DNA of 63,734 nt, filler included, from Kipferlia bialata (GCA_003568945.1; 5 parts of 5 records of this genome joined end to end with filler, not necessarily neighbours in it), one strand, 5' to 3'. Shown: positions 50,632 through 63,734, numbered from the whole stretch's first letter. Numbers and translations: made by a program. The notes: generated from the sequence alone by a model not told the origin.

Positions 50632-51992
50632 TCATGTGTGTGGAGTTTCCTAGTAGCTAAGAGCACGCCAATTAGCCTAAGATGAGAGAACATAGAAATA
50701 ATTGATATGTACACTTCTAACACTGGGACTTACGTAACCTACCCTATACCCATAACTGCCATAAGGACGTAACCCCCATGGGCAGCACTGTCTATACGCT
50801 TCATAGTGAGGCGGAACTCCTTGTCGAGGACTCCGGCCTGGGGTGAGAGAGAGGTGACAGTGGGGACAAAGTGTTTGAAGTCATATGTTGTCTCTCTTTC
50901 TTACCTGTGATATAAACACCTCCATGGACTGGTCCATGCCGTCCATCCGCCTGGGGTCAGAGATATGGAATATAGATACACACAAGAGAGTTAGACACTA
51001 CTATATGTCCTGGTACCTCTTCAGCTGTGACAGGTCCGATGGGGGTGGATAGGAGGGGTCCACACTCTGCATCCTGGGGGGTGAGGGGATGAGTGTATTA
51101 TTGTATATATACACATATCATGACATATACGAATATATAATACCTATCATTCAATGTGTCCATTGTGCTCTGGTACTGTCTCTTCAATGCCAGTATGGAC
51201 TGCAGCAGAGATGCGTCTGCCTCAGCTGTGTCCATGCCCTCCATGTCACTGAGTGTGCTGTCCATGTCTGACAGTGCTAGAGAGGCATCCCAGATGCGGT
51301 TGTCAAGGGAGAGGGCTAGGTCGGATAGGTCTCTGAAGGTGAGATGTACAAGGGTGGATAGTATTGAGTACACTCAATACTATACTATGTTACAAGAATA
51401 ATGAATATGCTCTGCACCAATCGAGAATGACTGGTCCCTCGTAATTAAGAGAGAGACAGCCAGAGGAAGGGGAGATCGATGTCACAATATCATATATTTT
51501 TTTGCACACGTATATGTATGAGTGATTGAGTACTGATAAGGAACAACACTGAGGAGCAAGGTGAGGGGTGGGGGTCAGAAAGTGAGGGACACTCTAAATA
51601 CACTAGACACAAGAGACAATCAGAGAGACCTTGCCAGAGGAGATAGAAAGCATGTCACAGGAATACGATCAACTATTGATATCAAGAGACGTATCACAGA
51701 GCCACAGTACCCATACCAATGACAAGAGACATGGTGACTCCATCCTTAATACTTCGACATCACTGCGCTATACACATGGGCACACAAATGCGGAGACACA
51801 TATAACACCTACGTTATACATACGCGGCTACCATAGAGAGTCCATATATATATATGTATACATATATATACAGCACGGACACCCACCATGACAAGCACTG
51901 CCTCACCTGATATCAGCCGTCTCTGCCGCAGCCCCAACCACCAGGCCCAGCACACATAGACCCAGTAAGATAGACCCTAGGGTACACCGCAT
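50632..51992 (-). CDS. Small type I membrane protein (signal peptide, luminal coiled coil, C-terminal TM, short basic tail)
   Basis: Exons splice to MRCTLGSILLGLCVLGLVVGAAAETADIR-DLSDLALSLDNRIWDASLAL...-RMDGMDQSMEVFISQ-AGVLDKEFRLTMKRIDSAAHGGYVLMAVMGIG-LIGVLLATRKLHT*. Confidence 0.75.
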
Positions 51993-52165
51993 TATAGTGC
52001 ACTCCTGGTCCCAGAAATAGGTGGTGGGTATATAGTGTGCCGCGTGACTGGCAACACCGATCCTGCAGATCTAGACCCTCGATGTTTTTGATGCTTGTTC
52101 TGGTCGACACGTCCACTCTTCTTCAGACGTGAATACCCGCTAGCTGACTGTACCGTTGTGCTCAT
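51993..52165. promoter_or_regulatory. Short divergent promoter region
   Basis: 173 bp between head-to-head predicted ATGs at 51992 (minus) and 52166 (plus). Confidence 0.45.
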
Positions 52166-55100
52166 ATGCCCCCCAGCAGCGTGCACCGTGTGCTACTGCG
52201 GGAGGAGGATGGGTTGGAGGTGCGAGAGTATATTCACCGTTTCAATATCTTGCACTGATGGTGACCTGCTCGAGATTGGGTATCCTCATGTGTTTCTCTC
52301 TCACCCCCCCCCCCTTACTCCTATCATACTCCACTACCCCTCACCCCCAGGTGGACTGTGACACTGTGCAGTCCCTGACCCAGACAGAGGACCCAAGGTG
52401 AGTGGTGCATAGGATCTCACTGACTATCGTCTTTGTCACATTTCATAGTATTCTCCCGAATACGTTCTCTTTATCAGTTAGTAAGGGGATTGATCATATA
52501 TTCGGGTGTTAGCTGCTGCGCCATATACCATCACATATTGATAACTCTTCTGCCTTCTATGACCCGCTCCTCCCATCTCTATCCTCACCTCTAGGACAAG
52601 TCGCCTGATTGTAACCTGTGTGGCCACCCCTGATGCCCCAGCCGCATTTGAGGGTACGATTCTAATATATCCGTATATATGTATATACTCTCCCCCTCCT
52701 GATGCATATCCCCAGCATGCCCCTCCCATTTCATATATTATATCTATACTCCTCCGTGCATAACCCCAGGCATGCCCCTCCCCTTCCCCCTGGCCCTGCC
52801 TGAGACTGGTCCTGTGCCCACACTGTCGGTGGGGGTGTCGAAGGTATGTATGTATGTACACAATATATATATATATATATTTATGCGTGTGTGCGTGTGT
52901 GTGTTGGATGTCAAAGGTATGTATACTCTCCTGACATAAGGAGGGCTGTCTGATAGTCTGGTGTCCTCTTTACTCACCCCCAGACCCACCCCGCCCTCCT
53001 TAGCCTTGCTGCCAGCCCCCGCTTCTACCATTCTGCCCTGGTGCGGTGTGGGTGTGTAGTCATCATGGCAGGTGGGGATCGATGTATGCATGTATATATG
53101 TATATATATATTTATATATACACTGAGTGTGTAGTCATCATGGCAGGTGGGGATGTTTATATATCTGTGGTTGATTCTCTAGACTCCATTTATTCTCATG
53201 CACACCTTATTCCCCTACCACTCCCCCTCACCCCAGGCTGCAAGGAGAGTGCCGTCCTTACTCTGATGGACATAGCAGACAGACTGGCAGAGCTGGTGGA
53301 CCCGGCATACCCAGTCGTAAACAGGTGGGGACTCTCCCTCTCTCTCTCTCTCTCCATATATATATATACCACACACACTCAAATAATTGTTCAGTTTAGT
53401 ATACACCCTTACCCCCAGGCCGTGTGCCCTTGTTGTGCTACCCATATATATACATATATATATATATATACATAATAATAATACACATACATATAGTGTA
53501 GTAGACATCCCTCACTCCCAGGCCGTGTGCCCTTGTTGTGCTGCCCCACCCCAGACTGAGGAGTGGGGACACACCCTCCCTGGTCACAGTCAGCCCAGAG
53601 GTCGGGAGGGCGTTCAGGTAGGCGTTAGTAGTGTATGAGTGTTAGTATTTTGTACCCCCCCCCCCCTCACCCCCCAGCTCCATCTTCACCGAGTACCCCA
53701 CCCCCTCTGCCATCCAGGGAGTGCTGAGGGGGGTGCCAGCTGATGCAGTTGATGCATCAGGTCTCACCCCCTCTAACGATGATGGTTCTACCCCCTCCAG
53801 TCCCTCTAGACCCTGGCCCACTTCTCTCTCTGCCTGTCTGCAGGGCATGGAGGTGGTCCTGGCTACACCCCTATTCAGTCCAGCGGTGGAGGGGGCAGAC
53901 GCATACAGCGTGTTCCTGCCGCCCCATGCCATCTCAGACCTGCCACCCACCCTGCCCCCTGCACTGGCACTCAGTGTGCTGTCACCAGCTGCAGACAAGG
54001 TATGATTAGTGATCTATATCAGGTGCCGATATATGTACATTATAAATACTAACACCTAGGCCATGCTGGCAAGGTTAAGTGGTATATACAATGAACTCTC
54101 CATTTACTCTGTATATACCCCCCCTGACTCCAGGCCATTACCGACTACAAGGAGGCCCTTCTCTCCATCCCTCTACCAACTGGGGTGGCCAGTCTCATGG
54201 CCATACACCAGGTACAGTACTCCATATTCTATATGCAATGTGTATTTACATTCCATATTAGTGTATATATATATTCTATACCTTTGTGATGGGGTGGCCA
54301 GTCTCATGGCAAGACACCAGGTATAGGATATGGCACAATCACTAATTGCAATGCTTGCGATTATCTAGATACATGTGTTTTCGAAACTATTATCCCTCAC
54401 CCCAGGAGGCCCTGCACTCCATGCTGGACGGTCTCCCCTTCTCTGAGTGTGCCGAGTGCATGCCCTACGAGGAGGGGGGGGAGGGGTCAGAGTATGTGCT
54501 GTTCCACATCAGGTATGAATATATATATATATATAGTAATATATATGTATGTGTGTGTGTGTGTATGAATGCATTTGTACTACTGTGTATCTTGTATATA
54601 TACACCCTCTCACCTCTCAGGGGCATCGTAGAGCGTGCCCTGCGTGAGGTTGCCTGTGCGGACTCCCCCATCACTGCACCCTTCTGGTGTGCCAGGGAGG
54701 GGGACATGAGTGGGAGGCCACAGGTATGGTATAGTGTATATATATACATTGTGTATATTTATATATACAATGTAACATATATACGTTTGTATATATATAT
54801 GTGTCACTGCACCCTTCTGGTGTGCCAGGGAGGGGGACATGAGTGGCAGGCCACAGGTGTGTATATGTGTGAAAGCTTCATAGTAGTAGGTGTAGAATAT
54901 AGTAGTGCAGCAGTTGTATATCGTAGTGTGTATGTCTCTAGTTATAGCTTCTACACATTGAATTACCCGAGCCATTACCCCCTTCCCAACCATCACCACT
55001 TGATAGATATATATCTCATACATATACTTGTTTGTATTTCTTTGCACGTCTTATACCCCAGACCCCCTTCCTGGCCATCACCGCTGGTATATTGTACATT

Positions 55101-57476
55101 ATATTGTAAATACGTTTATGTATACGTATATGTATACCTATGTATGCTAACCCCAGACCCCCTTCCTGGCCATCACCACTGGCCGCCGGTCCATCCTGCA
55201 CCAGACCGTCAAGCCAAGTAGGGGAGGGGGGGCGGCATCCCTGTCCAGCCTGGTGCACATAGCAGCCAGTGTGCCTGCACCCAACACCTTATTGGGACAG
55301 TGCCTGGAGGCCAACCTCCAGAAGAGCAAGGAGGTGGGTAACATGTGTATGTGATTATTTCCTGTATTCATTGATAAACATGTACGCACTCTCCCCCCAG
55401 GTGTGTGAGAGTGCGTACAAGGACGGTGCCGAGGTTCTGGTCTCCACCAGTCAGAGTGCAGCCAGCCTAGATGACCTGTATGCAGTGGGGAACAGGTACA
55501 GTCACATCGTTAACATATTATTAACTTTATTATTAACATATATGTGTGTGTCCGTCTTCCCCTCCTCACCACAGGGTCACGAGTAGGTTCAGTGCCCGTG
55601 CCTCGGGTCCAGCCTGTGGCACATACGAGACTAGGCTGAAGCAGGTGGGTGACAGTTAAATATACTAAGCCTAGTGGTTACTTGCCACACATAGGGTTCC
55701 TATTGAGGCTTCCACTGACCCAGGCCTACCTCCGTGCCGAGAGGGACGTCATGGCCAGACTGCTGCAACAGGCACAGGAGGACAGGTATATAGTATATAT
55801 CTATATACGTATGTGTGTGTGTATATTACTCTATACCCCACTGACCCCCAGGGAGGGCCTGTCCTCCCTTGTGCAGCGTCTATATACAATCATATGAATT
55901 CACACATATATATATGTATCACTGTCCACTCCTCTTACTCCAGGGAGGGTCTGTCCTCCCTTGTGCAGCGTGTGGCAGCTGAGGTTGCCACCCTGAGGGC
56001 CAGGGAGGAGGAGAGAGAGGAGGAGCAGGTCAAGCTGCGGCGGAGACTGTCCGAGGTGGAGGGCACACTGTCTGTGGCAGGGGGTGGGGGAGGGGGAGGG
56101 GGTGGGGGGGATGAGTCCTTCGAACCATACGTCAATGGGTACGTATTATATTCTATATATATTTAACATACATAGGTATATATTATGTATCCCACTTTCT
56201 TCCTCACCCCCCAGTGCCCTGGCTGAGTTGAGGCAGTGTGTGCTGGAGCTGGCCAGGACAGTCCAGGACCAGGGGCAGGTATGGGATACACACACAATGA
56301 TACATTAGCATACATACTCCAATACCCCCCCTCACCCTCCAGCGCAGTGCCACCGATGCCCAGACCATATCGTCCCAATTCGACTCAATCAGGTGTGGTA
56401 TCATTATTACTGTGTACCTATATTACAAAGGTGTGAGTTTGAATACTACATTTCGTTCTCACTGTCAGGACCGCCCTGTCCTCCCTGGACAACACCGTGC
56501 ATGACCCCGTTGAGATGCAGATGCTGGCGTCACCCACACTCACACAGACCGTGGAGGAGGACCCGGTGCTGAGGTAGGGGTTATGTATACACAGACGGTC
56601 GAGGAGGACCCAGTGCTGAGGTATACTTCTTAATATGTATAGGGTATATATATACATATGTATAGGGGGATGTATATATGAATATGATATGTGTTCATTG
56701 AAGTGTTTCGCCCCCCTACCCCTCAGGTCTGAGATGAGTGCCGTGGTGCATGACCTCAGAGACATGGCAGAGAGGCAGACACAGGTACATGGATATATAT
56801 AGATGTATATATATAGGTGTATAAGTATGTGGGTCTATATACCTAGGGAATATGCATGCTTCAGAGACATGGCAGAGAGGCAGACACAGGTACTAGTAGT
56901 GCATTGTGCACACACGCATTTAGATTTGTATGTCATACACTTTGGCTATGGCCACTCTCTCACCCCCAGAGTGAGGCCAGTGCCCGTGAGAGGCGTGACA
57001 AGATAGAGTCACTGAGGGCACATGTGCTGAGGGTGGCCGGGATGCTGAGCAGGTGGGTACTTATTCTGCCTGTGATAGACTGTATCTACTCAGGATATGT
57101 CTCTCTCCCTCACCCCCAGGATGACCAAACAGACTGGTCCTAATATATCTATACTTATTTACAATTACAATTAACTACATGTATCCATTCCTCTTACCCC
57201 AGGATGACCAAGCAGACTGTGTTGATACCCGAGGAGAGGCGGCACCAGGGTGGTGTAGTTGTGTGGGATGGGCACAACTGGACCATGCACAGCCCAGAGA
57301 TGGTGGAGAGGGAGAGAGAGAGGGTGCGGCGTGAGCAGAGAGAGAGACGGAACAGCACCGGCAGAAGGCACCCCGAGGACATATCCAGGACCCAGTCCAG
57401 CATGGGTATAGAGAGTGTGCCAGTGTGTGTGGTGTCCACGCCCAGGACAGCACCCAAGCACAGGGCAAAGCACTGA
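52166..57476 (+). CDS. Unknown protein with globular N-terminal half and coiled-coil C-terminal half (possibly a degenerate kinesin-like protein)
   Basis: In-frame spliced exons from MPPSSVHRVLLREEDGLE-VDCDTVQ through VACADSPITAPFW..TPFLAITT to coiled coil LVQRVAAEVATLRAREEEREEEQVKLRRRLSEVE; ends KHRAKH* at 57476. Confidence 0.65.
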
Positions 57477-57831
57477 TACCCTCGCCATCGCCATGAATGA
57501 GAGAGAATCTATGTTCGCCATGAATACCGTTACCCCACACCAATGTGACATTGAGGGTTGTGGTACATTGTACAATTCTGTTATATACCTCACTTCGAGG
57601 TTCTATTTTGTTGTTTAGTCTGTGCGTTTTGTGAATAGACGATGTGTACCAGTTAGTGGGATTGAGACCTGTTGGAGGCTGTTTTGTAGTTAGTGGTGGC
57701 ACCACTAAGCCTTACCTGTTTTCTACACCCTTTGTTTCCCAAAAAGAGGACAAAGGGAGTATCTGCCGCAGGACCAGCGTGACAAGCAGGCTAACCCCTC
57801 TCCTCAGACTTGAGGAGCTGGGGTGGTTGTT

Positions 57832-57931
57832 NNNNNNNNNNNNNNNNNNNNNNNNNNNNNNNNNNNNNNNNNNNNTTAATTAATTAANNNNNNNNNNNNN
57901 NNNNNNNNNNNNNNNNNNNNNNNNNNNNNNN
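57832..57931. other. Artificial scaffold-joining linker
   Basis: 44 N + TTAATTAATTAA + 44 N. Confidence 0.99.
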
Positions 57932-58158
57932 CCCCCCCCTCAACCCCTACCTCTCTCTCCCGCTCTCTGACCCCGAACTCCCTCCCGCTCCCTCACTCTT
58001 TGTCTACCCTCTCTCCTTGTCTTTCTCTCTCTCTATGCATATATATACCTCCTTACTTCAGGTTGCCAAGTGCAGCACCTGTGGGTCTATATCTCTCTCT
58101 CTCTATCTATCTCTCTCTCTCTCTCTCACTCTCTCTATATATATACCCTCACCCTCAG

Positions 58159-59139
58159 GCTGCGAAGTGCAGCACATGTGGTACCAGTGGCACTGAGTGT
58201 GACCTGTATGTGTGTCTCAACTGTGGCACCATGCTGTGTCAGGTACATAATATAGTGTATATACTAGTATATAGTATGTATGCATATAAACTATATGTAT
58301 GTGATCTGTATGTGTGTCTCAACTGTGGCCCTCTGCTGTGTCAGGTATGTGTATGCCATATATTTATACATATGAAGTGCTTAGTATGTACTCACATCCA
58401 GGGTGACTTCAGCAGAGGCAAGATGGGGGAGGGGCATGCAGCCATGCACGCCAGGTATGGGGCACACTTAGGCACTGATATATATACTCCCTATACTCTC
58501 ACTAGCTCACCCTCTCTCTCTCTCTCCCTGCACATCCCTCACCCCCAGAGCCAAGCACCACCCAGTGCACATGAGCATGGCAACAGGTATGAGTAGATTA
58601 GTATATAGTATATGTAGATTATGTAGTATAGTATATAATTATTGCCCAGTGCACATGAGCATGGCCACAGGTATGGATAGTATGTATATGTATATATAGT
58701 GATACGGGTAAACATAATACATTACTATTAGAGAGTAACAGGTATGTGTTTGTTGATAACATGATAATAGCTCACAAATTGTGGACTCTGCTCTCATCTA
58801 TATGAACCATGTAACACCAGGTGACCTGTTCTGCTATGAGTGCAAGGGAGTGGTGGACTCTGAGGAACTCAAGATGTGCATATCAGAGGACATGACGCCA
58901 CAGCTCACAGAACTCAGGTATATAGATAGACAGCTTGTATGTTGAACAATACAACCTTCATTTCTCTCTCTCCCCTCCCTAACCATCTCATCCCTTGGAG
59001 TAACTCAATTTCTCTCTCTGTCTCTCACTTATCCCTAGGAGTAAGGCCATGGGTCTGCTCTATACTCTCTCGTTCTCTCTCTCTCTGTCTCTCTCACTTA
59101 TTCCTAGGAGTAAGGCCATGGGACTGCTCTTTGGCTCTG

Positions 59140-59173
<34 letters not shown>

Positions 59174-60373
59174 CCTAGGAGTAAGGCCATGGGTCTCCTC
59201 TATGGCGCTGGCTCCACCACGGCACAGGCAGAGGAGGAGAGAGAGAGAGAAGATGAGGAGAGCAGCGAGGACTGGGAGAGAGAGAGAGACAGGGGCAAGA
59301 GGGGAGCCATATATGGTCAGAGCTACAACATTGGTATGTACTACATAATGTGTAGGGGTAATTGTCTCTGTAAAGAGGCCCTGTCTCTATCCGTGTGCAA
59401 ATCTTCTTTCCTTGCCACCACTGCGTCTGCCAAGATGCAGAGTGAGAACTCTCTGTCCCTCTCAGTATATATTATATAATATAATATATATATATAATAT
59501 ATATAATATATATATTAGTGGCAAAATTCCTCCTCACCCCCCTGCGTCTGTTAAGATGCTCTCTCTCTCTCTCTATCTTATATCTCCTTACATCTAGGCA
59601 CCACTGCCTCTGTCAAGATGCCGTCCACCAACAGTGGCAGGGCAAGGCCCAGTGCCAAGGGGGAAGGTGTGTTTGTATATAGAATTCATTTTAAGTCCTA
59701 CAGAGGACATGATTATCCCATTAGGGTCCAGTGGACGATACTATGATGCATATTGTGCCCCTTGCTTCACCTAGTATCGACACCCTGACCCCAGACTCCT
59801 CCCTCTACCCCTCCATCCCCAGGGCAAGGGCAGGTCATATATATATATATGTCTCTCTCTCTGTATATATATATATATATGTATGTATGTATATGTATGC
59901 TAACCCTCAGACTCCCCCCTCTACCCCTCCATCCCCAGGGCAAGGGCAGGGTCATATATATATGCCTCTCTGTAGATATATATATATATATATATAAGTA
60001 TATATATGCTAACATCAGACTCCTCTCTCTACCCCTCCATCCCCAGGGCCAGGGCAGGGTCCTTCTCATCACCCGATGCCATGGGACTGCCAGAGACCTC
60101 GGGGATCAAGGCTACAAGGTACATATATAATGTATACTATATAGTATATAACAGGTATATGTGCGTGTATATATGTCACCTGATGCCATGGGACTGCCAG
60201 AGACATCGGGGATCAAGGCAACTAGGTACAAGTATTCTATATATTATATGGTATGTGAATTATTTTATACTATGTATTATATATATAATAGGCATATGTG
60301 TATATGTCACCTGACGCCATGGGACTGCCAGAGGCAAGTGGTATCAAGGCTACTAGGTATGCTTGTGAGTATA

Positions 60374-60414
<41 letters not shown>

Positions 60415-62410
60415 CTCTCTCCCTCTCACACCCCAGCTCTGAGAAGAGGCGCACCCGTGTGTCGAGACCACACACCAAGAATGCCAGTCCTGTCACAAGC
60501 ACCACTACTACCACTACCACCTCCCGTCACACCCTGTCTGTCGTGTCCCCTATAGACCTAGAGGCTGAGCTAGCCTGTGCATCCCTAGATGGGGGTAGCA
60601 CTGCAGTGGAGACAGTTGTGGTAGCCCCAGTGTCTCCACAGACAGTGGCTAATGGCGGTGTAGAGGAGGAGAGAGAGGACGAGGAGAGCAGCGAGGACTG
60701 GGAGAGAGAGAGAGACAGGGGCAAGAGGGGACCTGCTCTGTATGGACAGATGTACAACATAGGTGAGTCTCTCTCTCTATATATATCCGTACATATATAT
60801 AGGTATGTTTGTTCATATCTCACCCCCAGGCTCCACTGTCAATGCCAAGGTCCCATCCAGGGAGACATCAGTCACAGGTGGATACAAATCAATATGTGTA
60901 CTCACCTGTCTTTCTCTCTCTATACGTATACATGTCTAACCCCAGGCCAGACCTACCGTGCCATCAGTCTCTCTCTATCTCCCTCTCTCTCCCTCTCTCT
61001 GTCTATGTATATTTAGGTGTGTGTGTGTCTAACCCCCAGGCCAGACCTACCGTGACATCGGCCTACCCGAGACATCGGCCATATCGGCAAAGCCAAGGTA
61101 TATATTTCATGTATGTTTATGTATAACTATATAGTGTATGTGTATATATACATTAATGTGTGTGGGTGTAGTTACCCATATCTGACCCCAGTGAGGCCGA
61201 GAGAGAGACCGACACCAGGGACATGGTGCCTGTCCTGAGGGCATCACCTGCATCGGCATCGGTCTACACAACACCCCCAGGTACATAGATACCATACTGG
61301 TTGTATGCGCAAATATATGTATACATATCAAACAATTTTCTCTCTCCTTATCTCTCTCTCTGTATATCTATATTCCTCACCCCCAGGTGGAGACAAGCTG
61401 ACCCTCACCCCCTCCCCTGAGAGCCCCTCGGCCACCCTACACTCTGAGGGCAAGGACAGCAGGTATGAGTAATATACATTTGTATGCACACATATATGTA
61501 TAGAGAGAGAGAGAGGTTACTCGGCCTCGGCCACTCTGCACTCTGAGGGCAAGGACAGCAGGTACAGGGCTCTATATATATACTAGAGATATATACGTGC
61601 TATATACATATCTTATATAGTAGTAACTCTCTCTCTGCCACCCTTCACTCTGAGGACAAGGACAGCAGGTATAGGGTTACAGATATAGATTTATGCATGT
61701 CATATATAGTTGCAATAATCCTATATACAGCCCCAATACATGTATATCTATGTATGCATATATACACGCATGTCTAGCCCTCTTACTCCCAGGTTCTCCC
61801 TCTCCCACTCCCTCAAGGGGAGTATATCCAAATATACATATATATACTTATAGTGTATCTACCCCCCTCCCCCCAGGTTCTCTCTGACCCACTCCCCCAG
61901 GGTACAGGAGAAGAAGAGGAGGAACAGCATCCTGGACATGTTCACAGGTGAGGGGCATCTCTCTCTGTCTGTGTGTGTCCCCCTATATATATATATATTT
62001 GTGGATGCGTACAGCAACAACTGGATCCATCTCTCTCTGTCTCTCTTCCTATATACATCTAATTCAGGCAAGTCCCCCTCTGGCCCTGTCCTGGGTACCA
62101 TGAGTGCACAGGAGCCAAGGCCCATACCCAAGGAGTGTACGTGTGCACATGTTCACTCATACGACTGTATACCGATATATTATAAATCTATATATGAATA
62201 TATAGAGATGTGTGTGTGTGTCTAACCCCTAGCGCTGCATACTACCACCTTGTCATCCCGACTAGGGCTGAGACAGCATCCTTCTCTCCCTCTCTCCCCT
62301 CTATGTATATCTACCATACTCACCCTAGCCTATGGATACATAAATCTATATGTCTCACCCTAGCCCTGTACATCTCCCACCCTGTCATCCCGACCAGGGC
62401 AGAGGCAGCA

Positions 62411-62444
<34 letters not shown>

Positions 62445-62845
62445 TACTCACTCTAGCACTGTACATCTCCCACCCTGTCATCCCGACTAGGGCAGAGGCA
62501 GCAGCTGGGACAGCATTCTGTCTGCCAGACAAGACAGGCATATCGATCAGGGACTTGAGGTATGGGTGGTGTATATGTGTTATAAATGAATATTTGTATA
62601 TGTATATATAGTATATATAATTGTTTTGATAGATAGATATAGATACTATTAGGTACTGTATGACTGGCATATCAATGAGGGGCCTAGAATTTGCTACCTA
62701 TTTTGCATATATATATATATATACTATACATATTCACTGTGTACAGTTTATGTGTAGAATACTCACCCCCAGGGATAGTGACTCCCGGAAGGCTAAGCCA
62801 AAGGCCAAGGCAGGGTGTGCAGTGATCAGACCGAAGCCTAAGGTA

Positions 62846-62882
<37 letters not shown>

Positions 62883-63526
62883 CCGAAGCCTGAGGTACAG
62901 TTTATATAGGCACTATACGTACACTGTATTACTACTAATGCTATTTGTGAGTAAATATCGTAAAGACACAAAGTACATCACTATCCTTGCTCTGTCTCTC
63001 TCTCTCTCTCTCTCTCCCCTTCCCTCTCTTACCCCCTAGGCCACCTCTGAGGACTTTGGCCTTCCCGAGACAACCGGAATATCAGTGGCAGACCTCAGGT
63101 ATGGTATTCCATGTTTATATATATATATGTGTGTGTGTACCCTCGTCTCTCTATATATATATCTATCTATCCATCTATCTCACCCTAGGGATGAGTGTGA
63201 CTCCCCCTCCTCTGTCAGATCAAGGGCATCATCGGTGTCAGGCACAGGGTGTGCAGTGAAGAAGATATCCAAGGTATATACAGTACACCGTATATGTATA
63301 GAGAGAGAGAGAGATATAGGGCATCGTCTGTCTCTGGCACTGGGTGTGCTGTGAAGAGGGTCAATAGGGTATGTGGAGTGCATAGTATATGTGTTCAGAT
63401 ATGTATTGGTCAATAAGGTTGTCGCCATGTATTTGTATATATATGTCTATTCATTCATACTCTCCCACCCCAGCCCACCGAGGACATTGGTCTGCCTGAG
63501 AGCACAGCCATAGCGGCAAAGCCTAG
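58159..63526 (+). CDS. Partial gene with N-terminal zf-UBP (ubiquitin-binding zinc finger) followed by a repetitive low-complexity region
   Basis: Exons give KCSTCG...LYVCLNCGTMLCQ-GDFSRGKMGEGHAAMHAR-AKHHPVHMSMAT-GDLFCYECK, the zf-UBP Cys/His pattern. No USP Cys-box seen in the window. Confidence 0.85.
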
Positions 63527-63695
63527 GTATTGTATATCAAAAAATATATATATAGATGTAGCAGTCCTGCTATTGTGTATACTTCATATAGCAGCAAAGC
63601 CCGTCTCTGCGTGTGGTTCTACTAAATAGATTCTCCCACAAAAGCGTGCTACTTCATTACACTTACCCCAGCCCCTGAGCCGGAAGAGTACTCTC

Positions 63696-63734
<39 letters not shown>

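Noticed and set aside
50632..51332. Syntaxin-6/Qc-SNARE-like coiled coil with C-terminal TM
   Set aside because: An upstream exon (51907-51992) adds a signal peptide in frame, which does not fit a tail-anchored SNARE.
52163..52168. Back-to-back ATGs (CATATG) suggesting zero-gap divergent genes
   Set aside because: The minus-strand gene has a better start at 51992; the 52165 ORF has no supporting features.
63697..63734. Terminal poly-C and other poly-G ends as telomere or G-quadruplex elements
   Set aside because: Homopolymers sit at assembly breaks or the window edge, their length is unreliable and no telomeric repeat unit is present.
1..63734. Transposon or Introner origin for the intronic repeats
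   Set aside because: No terminal inverted repeats, transposase or reverse transcriptase seen, and no repeat is shared between different genes. Each copy matches only its own neighbouring exon.

Overview
Eukaryotic, extremely intron-rich DNA made of five unrelated scaffolds of about 14.4 kb joined by artificial 100-nt linkers (44 N + TTAATTAATTAA + 44 N). Introns are GT-AG, rich in (TA)n and (GA)n, and end in a fused branch-point/acceptor CT(A/C/G)AC-N3-6-AG, often CCCCAG. This fits an intron-rich free-living fornicate such as Kipferlia bialata (inference). Most ORF-track entries are microsatellite noise, so I rebuilt genes by splicing exons by hand. Genes found: a very large conserved uncharacterised protein, a membrane class III adenylyl cyclase whose first domain is C2-like, TFIIIC B-block-binding subunit, a metallophosphoesterase N-terminal fragment, a TQT-motif coiled-coil protein, a CTFxP/RLY-repeat protein, an FKBP12, a zf-UBP protein, and several unknowns. 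The main discovery is that introns are filled with truncated copies of the neighbouring exon ends, each with its own splice site. These copies differ from the real exon almost only at synonymous positions, including Ser TCN/AGY and Arg CGN/AGR switches, which simple duplication followed by neutral decay does not predict.
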